A stretch of DNA of 63,974 nt, the filler included, from Intoshia linei (Eukaryota > Animalia > Orthonectida), in assembly GCA_001642005.1 (NCBI GenBank). It is 8 parts of 8 records of this genome, joined end to end, with 100 filler letters (N's around TTAATTAATTAA, not from the genome) between each part and the next. Parts side by side here need not be neighbours in the genome. Positions count along the whole stretch, not along the records: positions 1 to 15,780 come from LWCA01000902.1; 7 more parts are not named here. One strand, 5' to 3'. Of this stretch, positions 1-15,880 are shown in pieces (the first letter of the stretch is position 1; the number at the start of each line of letters is the position of its first letter). The notes under the pieces are model-generated. The model was not told the DNA's origin. It did no database searches and saw nothing but the letters and a program-made list of their open reading frames with translations. Both the position numbers and the translations under genes were made by a program.

Positions 1-1514
1 AAAAATCCTACTATTCACTATTATCAATCCTTTAAAAAAGTGGTTCCCAAATTTATTTCAGGTGGAACCGTCATATCACATTATTTTTTACTTTAAAGTG
101 AATTATTCCATCTTAATTTTTTTTGTTAACATTTGCGTGTAAAAGAATTTTAAAAACAATTTCCCATTTTTTTAATTTATTAGACAGAATCTGTGTATAA
201 TATTAAAAATAAAATAAAAACAGTTCAATTCATTTTTTTATTTATTAGACAGAATGTGTGTATAATATTAAAAATAAAGTAAAAACAGTCCAATACTAAA
301 AATTGTCATAAAGGTGTGAGTTTTGGAAATTGAAATTTATATTATTATATGTATAAATTGTCATAAATAGCATAAATTCCAGCAAAACAAAATTATAAAA
401 ACCTATTTTTTCATTTTTAATGTGATGATATATATTCAGAACCAATTTAATAATTACTTTAAAATACCAATTGTGTTATCAATAATTAATTAAATAATTA
501 ATTTTACCATTATTGCAAAGAATTGTAATATAAAAATGATTGATGTTAAAAATGTTTCCATACTTTTGGCCATTTTTCTTGTGAATGTTACTTTACTTTT
601 TAGCATTTTCAAATTAAGTTAGTATCAACACTTTTATAAATTCGTTGCCGTAGATGTTGTTCAAAATGTTTGGAAAATCAAAATTTGAAATTTAAAAATA
701 GCGTAGCAATGAAAAAAATTTCGAAGGAATGAATTATATAGATTTTCACCCATATGTCTTGACTGGAAATGTGTAGAGGTTCAATATACATTTTTTTTGA
801 ATTGTAGGATCAATATTTACATTTTTAATTTTTGATTTTAATCGAAATAATTGAAAAATTAATTGGTTGATAATATATTAAAAATTTTTTGAAATTCTAG
901 GGCTGTTTTCAAAAAAAAGGAAGGGTAATTTGGGGTTTTGACCCTGAAGATATAATTTTTTGAANTCAAAATAATTTTTTTTTTAAATTTTCGGAATGTT
1001 AATTATTTCACATTTATTGTTTTAATAAAATGATTTGTAAAAAAAATATATAAATACTAAAATGCTTTTTTTACCGAGAAGTCGTCACTTATTCGGTTTC
1101 AAATTTTTTATGTGTATTAACATGATACAACTTTACCACCTGTAAATTTTTTGAAATTCTAGGGCTGTTTTCAAAAAAAAGGAAGGGTAATTGGGGGTTT
1201 TGGCACCCTGAAGATATAATTTTTTGAAATTTAAATATATAATAATGGGTATGGTTTTAAAATCCGCATCAGCGTATATATTTTTTAAATTCTCCAACAC
1301 GTTTGCTTTTTAACAAAAGGGGGACAACAGGGGTTTTTGACCCTTTAAGATGTGAAATTTGGAGGTTAAAATTTATCTTATTATACGTCCCGGAAAAAAC
1401 TGTAATTGAAATGTGGTCTTTAAAAAATTTTAAAAATACTAGTTATTTCAATAAAGTAAGACACACATACACACACACAAACAAAAATCGCGTCGCATGT
1501 TATATAACTTAAGA
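1..1514 (-). mobile_element. Putative non-autonomous Helitron-like repeat, 3' end outside the window
   Basis: Reverse-complement match to 9737-10930, with further pieces at 25150-25495, 55074-55526 and 62623-62885. Starts A^TC (rc of AAGAT) and has a (CA)n tract near that end. Family pieces at 11907 and 36876 end in a GC-richer patch plus CTAG. No TIR or TSD seen. Confidence 0.55.
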
Positions 1515-1539
1515 TTTAAATTGTTACACATTTTAATAG

Positions 1540-4500
1540 GGAGAACGAGGGACGCCTGGAATACCCGGAAATAAAGTACAAATGAATATAATATATTTAT
1601 ATTTATCATAAAAAGGGACACAAAGGAGTAAAAGGAAAAGATGGCTTAGATGGATTTAAAGGAACAAAAGTAATTTTTGTTTTTTATAGTGGGCAATTTT
1701 AATGATAAATTTTTATATTTTTTAACTGTATAATGTAAGTGTATAACAGCGAGGTGAACCAAATAAAATCTGATGTGTTAATTTTGAAATTACATATATA
1801 TAGATATGTATATTCGAAAATTATTTTCTCAAGTGTTTTCTAATAAAAAAATTGTTACTCAGTTCTCCAATTGAAAAAAAGCTAAATTTATTGCCTATAT
1901 GAGAGAAAATTAGTAATATTTTACTGGTCGTTTTTCAATGGATTGAGTAAATTTACATTTGATAAATCTTAATATACACCTATTTAAACTTATAGAATGT
2001 GTATCTCATTTTTAAGATTTCTGAACTTAACTTTGTATTATACAATAATAATTAATAGGGAGACAAAGGAACATATGGGATAACTGGAATTTCCGGGAAA
2101 AATGGTTTACCCGGTTTACGAGGACAAAAAGGTTATACATTTTAAATTTGGTTTTAATACTTAAATTTTATAATGAATATATTAATTAGAACAATTTTAG
2201 GTTCATTGGGCGAAAAAGGTGATATAGGTCATATTGGTAGAGTTGGAGCTAATGGGCCAATCGGAATTAAGGGTCATGCAGGTTCAATCAATGTATATAT
2301 GATGTAACTTTTTTTAGGCGTTCCAGGATATCCAGGTATCATTTCAATATAATATATTGAAACTAATATTAAAAATATATTGAAATTTATATATATAATA
2401 TATTATATTTCAGTTTTAAATGGGGTATTAATAACATCAGTCGAATTTAAGTTCTTCTCTTTTTAAGGCAATTTTGCACTCAATATAATTAAAATTGAAT
2501 TGTAATTTTATATATGTCGTATAGAATCTATACGATATTATATATAGATATATATAATGTGTAAAACAGTGAAATGTACACATTCTATGGACAAGTCGTA
2601 CAATGTGTATATTTCATGAATGACTCGTAGAATGTGTAAAATTTTCATTTATATTTTAATTTTGTGTTTTAAGAATTTTTTTTAACAGAACTTTAAGGGT
2701 GGTTTGTTAGACATTTATTTGAACCAAACTGGAAGGGGGTTTTTGGGAAATTTTTTTTGAACCAAACTTTCAAAGAGGGATTTTTAAGAATTTTTTTTAA
2801 AAGGAAACTATCAATGGGGTTTTTAAGATCTTTTTTGAATCAAACTTTCTAGGTGGTTTTACGAGTTTTTTTTAAGCCTAATACTCCCAGTGTGACCATA
2901 TGGTCACACAACATTAAAATTATAAAAACACGTAACAAATTGAAACAAAGTTAATTAAATATAAAATATTAAATTAATTAGTATATTATATAACATTCGA
3001 GTATATTAGTTATGGGTTTTCACCGATTAGCCTCCTGTGTCACTGACAGTGGGCCAAAATCAATTTTTCAAAGCAAAAAAAAAATTCACTGAAAAAATTT
3101 TTTATATTTTTTTGTTAAAGCTGTGACAACTTTAATGAATACCATATGATGAATTCATGTATTGGCTACAATTTGATGAAATAATTAGGTATATTGACGA
3201 TGCGGTTTTATATATACACGCTTTTATTTGCTTTATTCTCCCAATGTGAACATATGGAATGTGAAATAACTTCATAACTACAATTGGTAATTACCTAAAA
3301 TTTTATATGGTAAAAAATAGGCAAGTATGTATTAACTTCCCAAATTTTTGAAAAAATCAAATCCAAAAAATTGGAAAAATTTGTCTGGGAGTATTAGGGT
3401 TAAACAAACTTTTAAGAGGGGTTTCTTAGATTTTTTTTTGAACCAAACTTTTAAGGGGGTTTTAAGATTTTTTTTTAAGATACTTTCAAATGATTTTTAA
3501 GATTGGTTCAAAAAAAATTTTTAAAACTCAAAAGTAAACTAAAATTAAAATATAAATGAAAATTTTACTCATTCTACGACTTGCCAGTGGAATTTGTACA
3601 TTTCACAGTTTTACACATTCTATGCAACATATAAATATAAATTTTAATTTATTTTTACTGTTAAAATCTATATGAAAAAAATTTAATTAATCAACGATTA
3701 TAATTAATACCTCATTTATAGGTAGAAAAGGTTATCCGGGGATTCCTGGAAGAGACGGAACGGCTGGACGTGATGTATATTTTTAATTTTAAACTTAATA
3801 GTAACTGATACTAAACAATGTATTGTAATGTAATATAACATTCGTATAATGTAACTTTCAGGGAAAAGACGGGAAAAATGGAATTGATGGTAGAGATGGA
3901 GACAAGGGAAATGATGGTCACCTTGGCCTTCCGGGAACACCAGGAAACAAAGGAGAAAGGGGTACTCAGGTAAATATATTCATTTTATAGAATTTAACTT
4001 AAATTTATATTTGCACTAATACTTGTACACAATCTCAATCATAGCAAACTTAAATCTAATCTACATCTGTAGTAAATCTAAATCAGGGTCCACGACCTAT
4101 GGCTGTTGGCAATCCGTGTGATCATAATAACTTCGTTTTATATAAAAAAATTTAAGTCACTTACTTACACGTTAATAAAATCACAGTAAACGATGAACTG
4201 TATTCGAACGGTGTAGTTTTTAATATTTAGATTTAACTTTACACAAAAAAAAATTAAATTAAATATTAAAATACAATTATAATTTAATATTATTTATTTT
4301 TTAATTTTATTATCTTAATTTTTTTGTATAAACCTTTGCTAAATAGGCATCTTTTTAAAATTACGTAATTTAAACTTCGTGGTTGCTTTAGTGTGCAATG
4401 CAATATACTATTTTACTTTAAATTGACAGTTTAAATCAGCCATTCTCAACGGAGCCCACAGCACTTTTTTGGGGTCCATGATAATTATATACATTTATTA

Positions 4501-7500
4501 CATATTATAGACATTTTCAGTAACATCAAGTCGTTTTTAAAACATAAAGGTTCAGAAATACTAATATAAAACGTGAAAATCATGTAAAAATAAATTCTTT
4601 GGTATCAAATTAAATTACTTACATATGTAAAAACTTATTGGGAAACCTCCATTGTTGTATTTTAGGAGCATCGTTTTATTTAATTATTTTATTAAAATGT
4701 ATAACCGAGCCAAGTTTCTAGTCATAAAAAAAGCTTTAAATTTCAAATTGAAAATGGAACAAAAAATCAGTCAATATTCATGATTCTATAAAACATCAAC
4801 CAAGGGATATAAAATATTAAGTTTTGACAGGGAAGATAGATAATAGACTTTTTATTGATCTGATAAAATATCTAGTAAACAATTAATAATGTACTGTAAA
4901 CAATACCTGAAAAAAAACATGTTCCATTTTGGGAACATTGACGGGTTAAAGGTTAATATTAATAGTTCATCAAGTTTATCATCTCGCAAAAATAGAGTAT
5001 TCCATGTCTTTTGACCATCATTCGTTTCACTCTAATGTAATGATTCATTGAAAATTGTCATTATTATTAATTTTTTTGGGGGTCCACAGCGATAAAGGGT
5101 TGAGAATGCCTGGTTTCAATCACATTTTATTCAATTTATTCAGAAAATTTAAAATATTTTAATATTTTTGACTTTGCCCCAGTTTCTCAAATTGGATTTA
5201 TAATTTATCAATGTCTTTTTTTGGTAAAGTAATTTTTTGGGGTCGTAGTATCAATGAGTAAAGTCGCTTTGCGGCCGCATTGGTGTAAATGTTGTGGACC
5301 TTGATCTCAATACACCAGGGGTCGGGAACCAGTGTCCCACAGAATAATTTGTGTGGTCCTTTTAGTAAATATGTAAAGTATTTATTTTTAAACTTTTAAA
5401 CACCGTTTTAACATTTTCTACTATAATTGGCTCATTATAATCATTTTAATACTGAATTTTCAAATCTTTATGGATTTTATTTTTTGAATATACATTCAAA
5501 GTCCTTATTAACGGAATTTTTGTTAGCGGAAATTCCATTTTAGCGGAAAAATTCCATATCAACGAAATTTTAAATTATTCATTTTTTCTTAACGAATTTA
5601 TATGAACCAAAAATTTCGTTAATAATAATTTTATCTCTAAAGTTCTAGAATCTATTTTTAAGAGAATCATAAATATCAATTCATTTTTGTATTAATAATT
5701 AATAATTAATAATACAAATAAATAATACAAAAATAAATTTAATTAGAAGTCAATTAATTTTAAAATTTAAAATTTTAAACTTTTTGTAACTTTATTTTAT
5801 ATCTGTAAATTATTTAAAATTTATAAAATTTTTCATGGATCCCAAAAAACTGATGTGGACCCTTTTTTAATGTTTTGCATATTACTTCGTCATTTTTTAT
5901 TCAAAAACTCATAATAACAAGAAATGTGACCATTTAATTAAATTCCGTTAACTAGGATGTTACTATGGGGAAAATTCCATATTAACGGATTACGGAATTT
6001 TAAATTCCGTTAATAAGGACTTAGACTGTACTAGAACCGTTTCTCTTAAGTTGAAATTGAAATGTAGCAAATTAAATTTTCAAAAACGGGCCCGTATAAT
6101 TTTTTGATATAAAAAAGTAACTTACGAGATTCAAAAGATTGCCGACCCTGCAATATATCAATGTATTAAAATAATATTTTTATTAGGGAAATGCTGGAGT
6201 ATGTATTCCATGTAAAGATGGAATAAAAGGTAAATCTGGAAATCAAGGCCAAAGAGGTTTAGTTGGTATGCGAGGTTCAATTGGATTAACAGTAATAATT
6301 TTTTATTTGAATATAAACCGTTTTAAAGGGTCCTTCTGGAATTAAAGGACACAAAGGAACCAAGGGAGATATGGTTATTAATTGAATGTTTATAATTATC
6401 ATACGTATAGGGTTACAAAGGACATCGTGGATTTCCTGGGATTAAAGGACATGCTGGTATAAAAGGATTTAAAGGAGAAAGCGGACCAGCGGGGCCACCT
6501 GTACAATGTATTTGATCTTACTGAATTATGTTTAGGGGGAAAGATCGTACATTTCAACCGATGGTGATATCAGGACAATTACGGTATTTTAAACATAAAT
6601 TATAAATAAATTTTCATGAAAGGGCGAGAAAGGAGATATGGGAATTAAGGGAGTTCCAGGATTTTCTGGTAGACCAGGAGAAAAGGTATAATTATGACTA
6701 TATATGAATGTAAAGTGTATTTTAAAATTTATCTGTCAGATTGTAAATTATATTCCATTTAGGGTCATAAAGGACATGATGGAAGACCTGGTCAACCTGT
6801 AATTTTCCCGTTAATATTAATAATGTTATTATAGGGCCTTCCAGGACTAAAAGTAAACTTTAATTGTTAAAGAATAATAATTGAAAACTTTATAGGGAGA
6901 TAGAGGTGATATACCTGATTATAAAGAATTGGTTGAATATATTCGAGGTAACACGAAAGGACCTACTCATGTATGACAATAATTTGCAATTTTATTATTA
7001 GACTATATTTACATAATATACTAAAATAAAATGACTACAAAATTATTATTTAGAAAGGAAGTGTTGAAAAAAGGTCTTTAAATAAATACAATGATTTCTT
7101 TTTATTATATAAAAATTGTTATGAAATTTATAATACGGATAAAAGTATTAAAACTGGTAATAAAATTAGTAAAACTATTGAATATTCAATATTCACAGCC
7201 GATTTTAGTGCTAAATTTATATTGCAAATGGTTGTATGTAGTACCGAATCTATCGTACAAGAGACCCCGCTAAAGGAGGCGTCGACAAAATTTTTGTAAA
7301 ATGGAGTCTCATTTTTTAAAATTGAATATGTAAAAAAATTAAATACGCATTCTTGAATATCATAACTAGAGTATTTTGTGTGTTAAATTTAATATGCCGA
7401 GTCAAGAGCCTTTGATATGTGGCTAGGATATATGACGATACGTATCGTTTGCTAAATTTTTTTTGGTCATATTTTTCATTTTCGGGTGGTGCAGTCTCTT

Positions 7501-8394
7501 CTTTACTGTATCTTATCTTATATCGGCTTTGGTTGTATGTATTTATTAGTCAATATTCTTATTACATAACTAGTGAGACGATACTTTATTTAGAATTACT
7601 TATAGATACCAAAATTGACAATAAAAATAAATAAATATAACTTTATTAATAATTTGGCAGTGTGCCAATTTTTTCAAAAATGTATGAAAGAATAATTAAT
7701 TTCCCCATAATTGAACTATGATTCTTAATTATTCGAAAACTGAATACTCAAATAATTATGCAATATTATATAAATTGAAAATTGTATCTAAATTTAGGCA
7801 AATATGAAATAAATCCAGATACAAATTTGGATAGTGACAGAATCAAGGTAAAATGTGTTATAGAAAAGCAAAACCAAAAAGTCATTGTAAAGACTTGTAT
7901 TGAACAAAATAAGGTTTTATTTTCAATAAAAGTAATAAAATACTTTTAGATTATAAACTGGAACAAAGATTTTCACTCCATAGCAGCAAGTCAAATTGGG
8001 TCTGATTTGGTAACTATTGGAAATTTAAAAAAATTGACTTTTTAGACGCACTATGGTATATCGTCAAGTAAAATGAAACACTTACAATTAATGCATAATG
8101 GAGTTACACAAGAAATAAACATTAATTCTAATGTCGCAAAATCTACATTTGACTTAATTGGTTACAATTTTGTTAACATTAACCAAACACCCAGTATTAA
8201 ATACATTTTGAAATCGGTATTGAAACAATTAATTTTTACATTTTTTTTAGTGTTCTAGAAATAATCCAACCTGTTACAATTTAAATTCAAATGTTACTCA
8301 AGTTTTACCAATTAGGGATATTTATTTAACCTCTGATGCGAATAATATCCAAAACGTAGAAATCAAATTAGGAAATTTATGCTTTATAAATTAA
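1540..8394 (+). CDS. Fibrillar-type collagen alpha chain, 3' part (Gly-X-Y helix plus C-propeptide/COLFI)
   Basis: In-frame GT-AG exons: 1540-1575, 1616-1669, 2059-2131, 2201-2281, 2318-2335, 3722-3774, 3862-3969, 6187-6291, 6329-6373, 6411-6500, 6536-6583, 6623-6685, 6763-6798, 6835-6852, 6896-6970, 7054-7156, 7798-7913, 7950-8009, 8046-8216, 8251-8394 (TAA). Includes 54/108/45/90-nt Gly-X-Y exons. COLFI-like motifs: KNCYEI..GKYEINPD..IKVKC..KTCIE..LPIRDI..IKLGNLCF. Confidence 0.92.
2512..3632. mobile_element. Non-autonomous TIR element with internal ~37-nt tandem repeats, in a collagen intron
   Basis: Imperfect inverted ends TATATGTCGTATAGAAT...ATTCTATGCAACATATA. Internal repeats resemble TTTTTTGAACCAAACTTTCAAAGGGGGTTTTTAAGA. 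Related pieces near 11700, 24980 and 29940. Confidence 0.65.
2876..3399 (+). mobile_element. piggyBac-type MITE nested in the previous element
   Basis: TTAA on both sides and TIRs (G)CCTAATACTCCCAG / CTGGGAGTATTAGGG. A near-identical left end starts at 33526. Confidence 0.85.
4084..5303. mobile_element. hAT MITE containing a second hAT MITE (4437-5112)
   Basis: Outer: CAGGGTCCAC...GTGGACCTTG, 8-nt TSD ATCTAAAT/ATCTCAAT. Inner: CAGCCATTCTCAAC...GTTGAGAATGCCTG, TSD GTTTAAAT/GTTTCAAT. Confidence 0.8.
5316..6150. mobile_element. hAT MITE containing a Tc1/mariner-type MITE (5493-6028)
   Basis: Outer: CAGGGGTCGG...CCGACCCTG, TSD CAATACAC/CAATATAT. Inner: TA-flanked with TIR GTCCTTATTAACGGAATTT. 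An uninterrupted relative lies at 38319-38629. Confidence 0.8.
7230..7545. mobile_element. MITE-like repeat, same family as the insertion in the sulfotransferase pseudogene
   Basis: Shares TTGTAAAATGG(A/G)GTCTCATT and GTCAAGAGC blocks with 60436-60712. Ends are approximate. Confidence 0.55.
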
Positions 8395-8603
8395 TCAATT
8401 ATATTAATATTCGCTGAATAAAATTTTCAAAATAGTCTTGTCTCTAATTCGTTAATGTTGGGACGTTCGCAATTTTGATATAGTAAACTGCCAGAAACGA
8501 TAATCATGCAAATGTATATAAAGCGATTGATTTTCATTTAAAAATATACTTTCACATTAAAAATAAAATAACTGTTTATTTTCAATTTTATTTTTTCTGG
8601 GAT

Positions 8604-8756
8604 TTAAGTAAAGTGGCCAGAAAAATACGTACTATCACTTAGTTTATTTGGAATAAATTTTTATTCGTCATCATAGATAAGTAGTTTTGGCTTTATATTT
8701 AACACCAAATAAACTAAAATTGATAGTACGTATTTTTTCTGGCCACTTTAATTTAA
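8604..8756. mobile_element. Short palindromic MITE
   Basis: About 40-nt TIR TAAAGTGGCCAGAAAAATACGTACTATCA..TTAGTTTATTTGG and its reverse complement, in a TTAA context. Confidence 0.7.
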
Positions 8757-9206
8757 GCTATTTATCATACTGTTTAGGATTGCACTGTTTTTATTTTATA
8801 TTTAAGATTATACAGTGTATAATACACACTCTTCTCTCTCAAAAATGAAAAAAATGGGATCACAACATTGTTTTTAAAGTTCTTACACAAATGTTTAACA
8901 AAATGAGTGAAATGAAACTAAGTCAGAATAATAATAATTCACTTAAAATGAAAGCTATGGCTTATTATTATATGGCTAAAGCTATTCTATGGTTAGAGTA
9001 CCTGACTACCTGTTGATTATTGAAGTTGATTACCTAATGATACAAAAATTGATTCATAGATACATTGATTTTGTCTAGGTAAATTTGGACAAACGTATCA
9101 ACATCGTTACAAACATAAATATCTACGACTAAATATAAACTTCAATCTAAATTTAATTTGGTATTTTGCTGACTTGTACCGAAATAGTTTTCTTATTTTC
9201 TCTAGT

Positions 9207-14168
<4,962 letters not shown>

Positions 14169-14595
14169 ACTCTCCGTCTTGTTTACCTGTTAAATATATT
14201 TGTTATAATTTTGCATTTTAATTCTAGTTATAAAGTTTTATAAAAAACCGTTAGAAAAAATTAAAATTGGAATCTGATGCCTGTTTTTTTAATTTTAGTG
14301 TTAATCTAGTAATGCATTGATTTTATTAAAAAGTTCCTAATCTTTTTAGGTACATTGTATATTTTAAGGATAATCTTTTTTCAAAAATACTTTTTAAAAT
14401 TTGGCAAATATGATAAATTCTCTATTATCGATACATTTTATTTGGAAACTTTCATATTCGAGATGCTGGTCCGTCAATTCAACTTTGAAAATCCACTTTT
14501 ACTTTACTTTAATTTTTTCTTCAACAATCCTATAACTATATATTAACTTTAATCCAATAATATAAAGTAGTCACTAAAATACGTAATGTCATAAT

Positions 14596-15149
14596 TAGTG
14601 ATGCGACGATTTCTAAATTTTCAACGATGCCAATTCGATTCTTAAAAAAAACCATTCCGATTCGATTTCAAATACTTTTGAATCATATTATTTGTTTTTA
14701 TTAGATCAAGAATAAACTAATTAAAAGAACAGAGGTGTCAATTATGCGGCTTCCAATTATGGAATGTGCGGCCGCGTTATAATATAAATTTTTATTTTTT
14801 ACACATATTTCTTATTTTACAGTTTTTTCATATATTTTTCATGATTTATTTATTATTATAATTTTTGCACTTATTCCATTTTTATTGTTTCATATTTCAT
14901 TTTATGAATCAAAATTATTATAAATTAATTAAATCTGTTAGTTTTAACATGATTTTATTTGTGCGGACCCGCGTAATAATTTTTTTTCACATTTGGCCCA
15001 CCAAGCAAATTGAGTCTGATACCCCTGTTAAGGAACTTGATTGTATTGAGCCATATTTGATTCATTTTAATTTAAAAAACTGATGTTTTTTGCAATTAAT
15101 TTTTATTTTTTATAAAAAGTCGTAAAGAATCAGAATCGTCACATCACTA
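14596..15149. mobile_element. hAT MITE with nested hAT MITE (about 14730-15027)
   Basis: TIRs TAGTGATGCGACGATT / AATCGTCACATCACTA. GTCATAAT occurs at 14588 and 15164. Inner element CAGAGGTGTCA...TGATACCCCTG. Confidence 0.65.
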
Positions 15150-15780
15150 CTAGTGATTCACTAGTCATAATCCAAGTCTTTACAGTTTAAATTTTTTTTT
15201 TTGACTTAAAACACTAATAACAAATAAATTTTTTTCAAAAGTGCTTGGAAATTATAAATTTTTGAAAAATGAGGCCCCATTTAACATAAATTAGTCGAAT
15301 TTACGCGTAAAAGTATTTTTGTAATATAGATTCGTCTCTGTTATCAATATTTACTATTCCTATTTTATATTTTAAAATTAATCAAAATATTTTGTTGATA
15401 AAATGGTAAAGTATGTTTTTGACGGGGAAGAAACAAATTGTTGAAGTTAAATTATATTCAAAATTTAAAATGAATCACTTGGAATTGTATTTTTTTAAAT
15501 TGTAGATATTTTAATTATAATTATTTAATTTTTTAAGGAATAATAAGCAAAATGTTGGGTCATTTTAGTTCTTAATAGTGAAGATGCAAATTCCCTAAAA
15601 TTAAATTGATATTAAATTGAAAATACAAACTGGAAAAAAAACCATTAGAATTTGTCTTTTAAAAGTTCTACAAATATTAGTTTTTCAATGATCGGGAAAA
15701 CAAACATTTAACTTTGTACAAATATTTAATATAAAATAATAATAAAATATTTTAAAAAAAAAATATATGAATACTATTAT

Positions 15781-15880
15781 NNNNNNNNNNNNNNNNNNNN
15801 NNNNNNNNNNNNNNNNNNNNNNNNTTAATTAATTAANNNNNNNNNNNNNNNNNNNNNNNNNNNNNNNNNNNNNNNNNNNN
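15781..15880. other. Artificial 100-nt contig spacer (also 27032-27131, 33684-33783, 43081-43180, 53336-53435, 54974-55073, 62523-62622)
   Basis: N44-TTAATTAATTAA-N44 with stops in all six frames, identical at all seven positions. Confidence 0.97.

Noticed and set aside
3716-3940. Short ORFs antisense or off-frame to real genes and TEs (3716, 13578, 17249, 22054, 22702, 30185, 30601, 34044, 40289, 41755)
   Set aside because: Shadows of collagen, kinase, gypsy, Hydin, nad4 or Kintoun coding sequence with no independent motifs.
15825-15836. TTAATTAATTAA as a recurring biological motif
   Set aside because: Always centred in N runs, so it is an artificial linker. ORFs running into it are artefacts.
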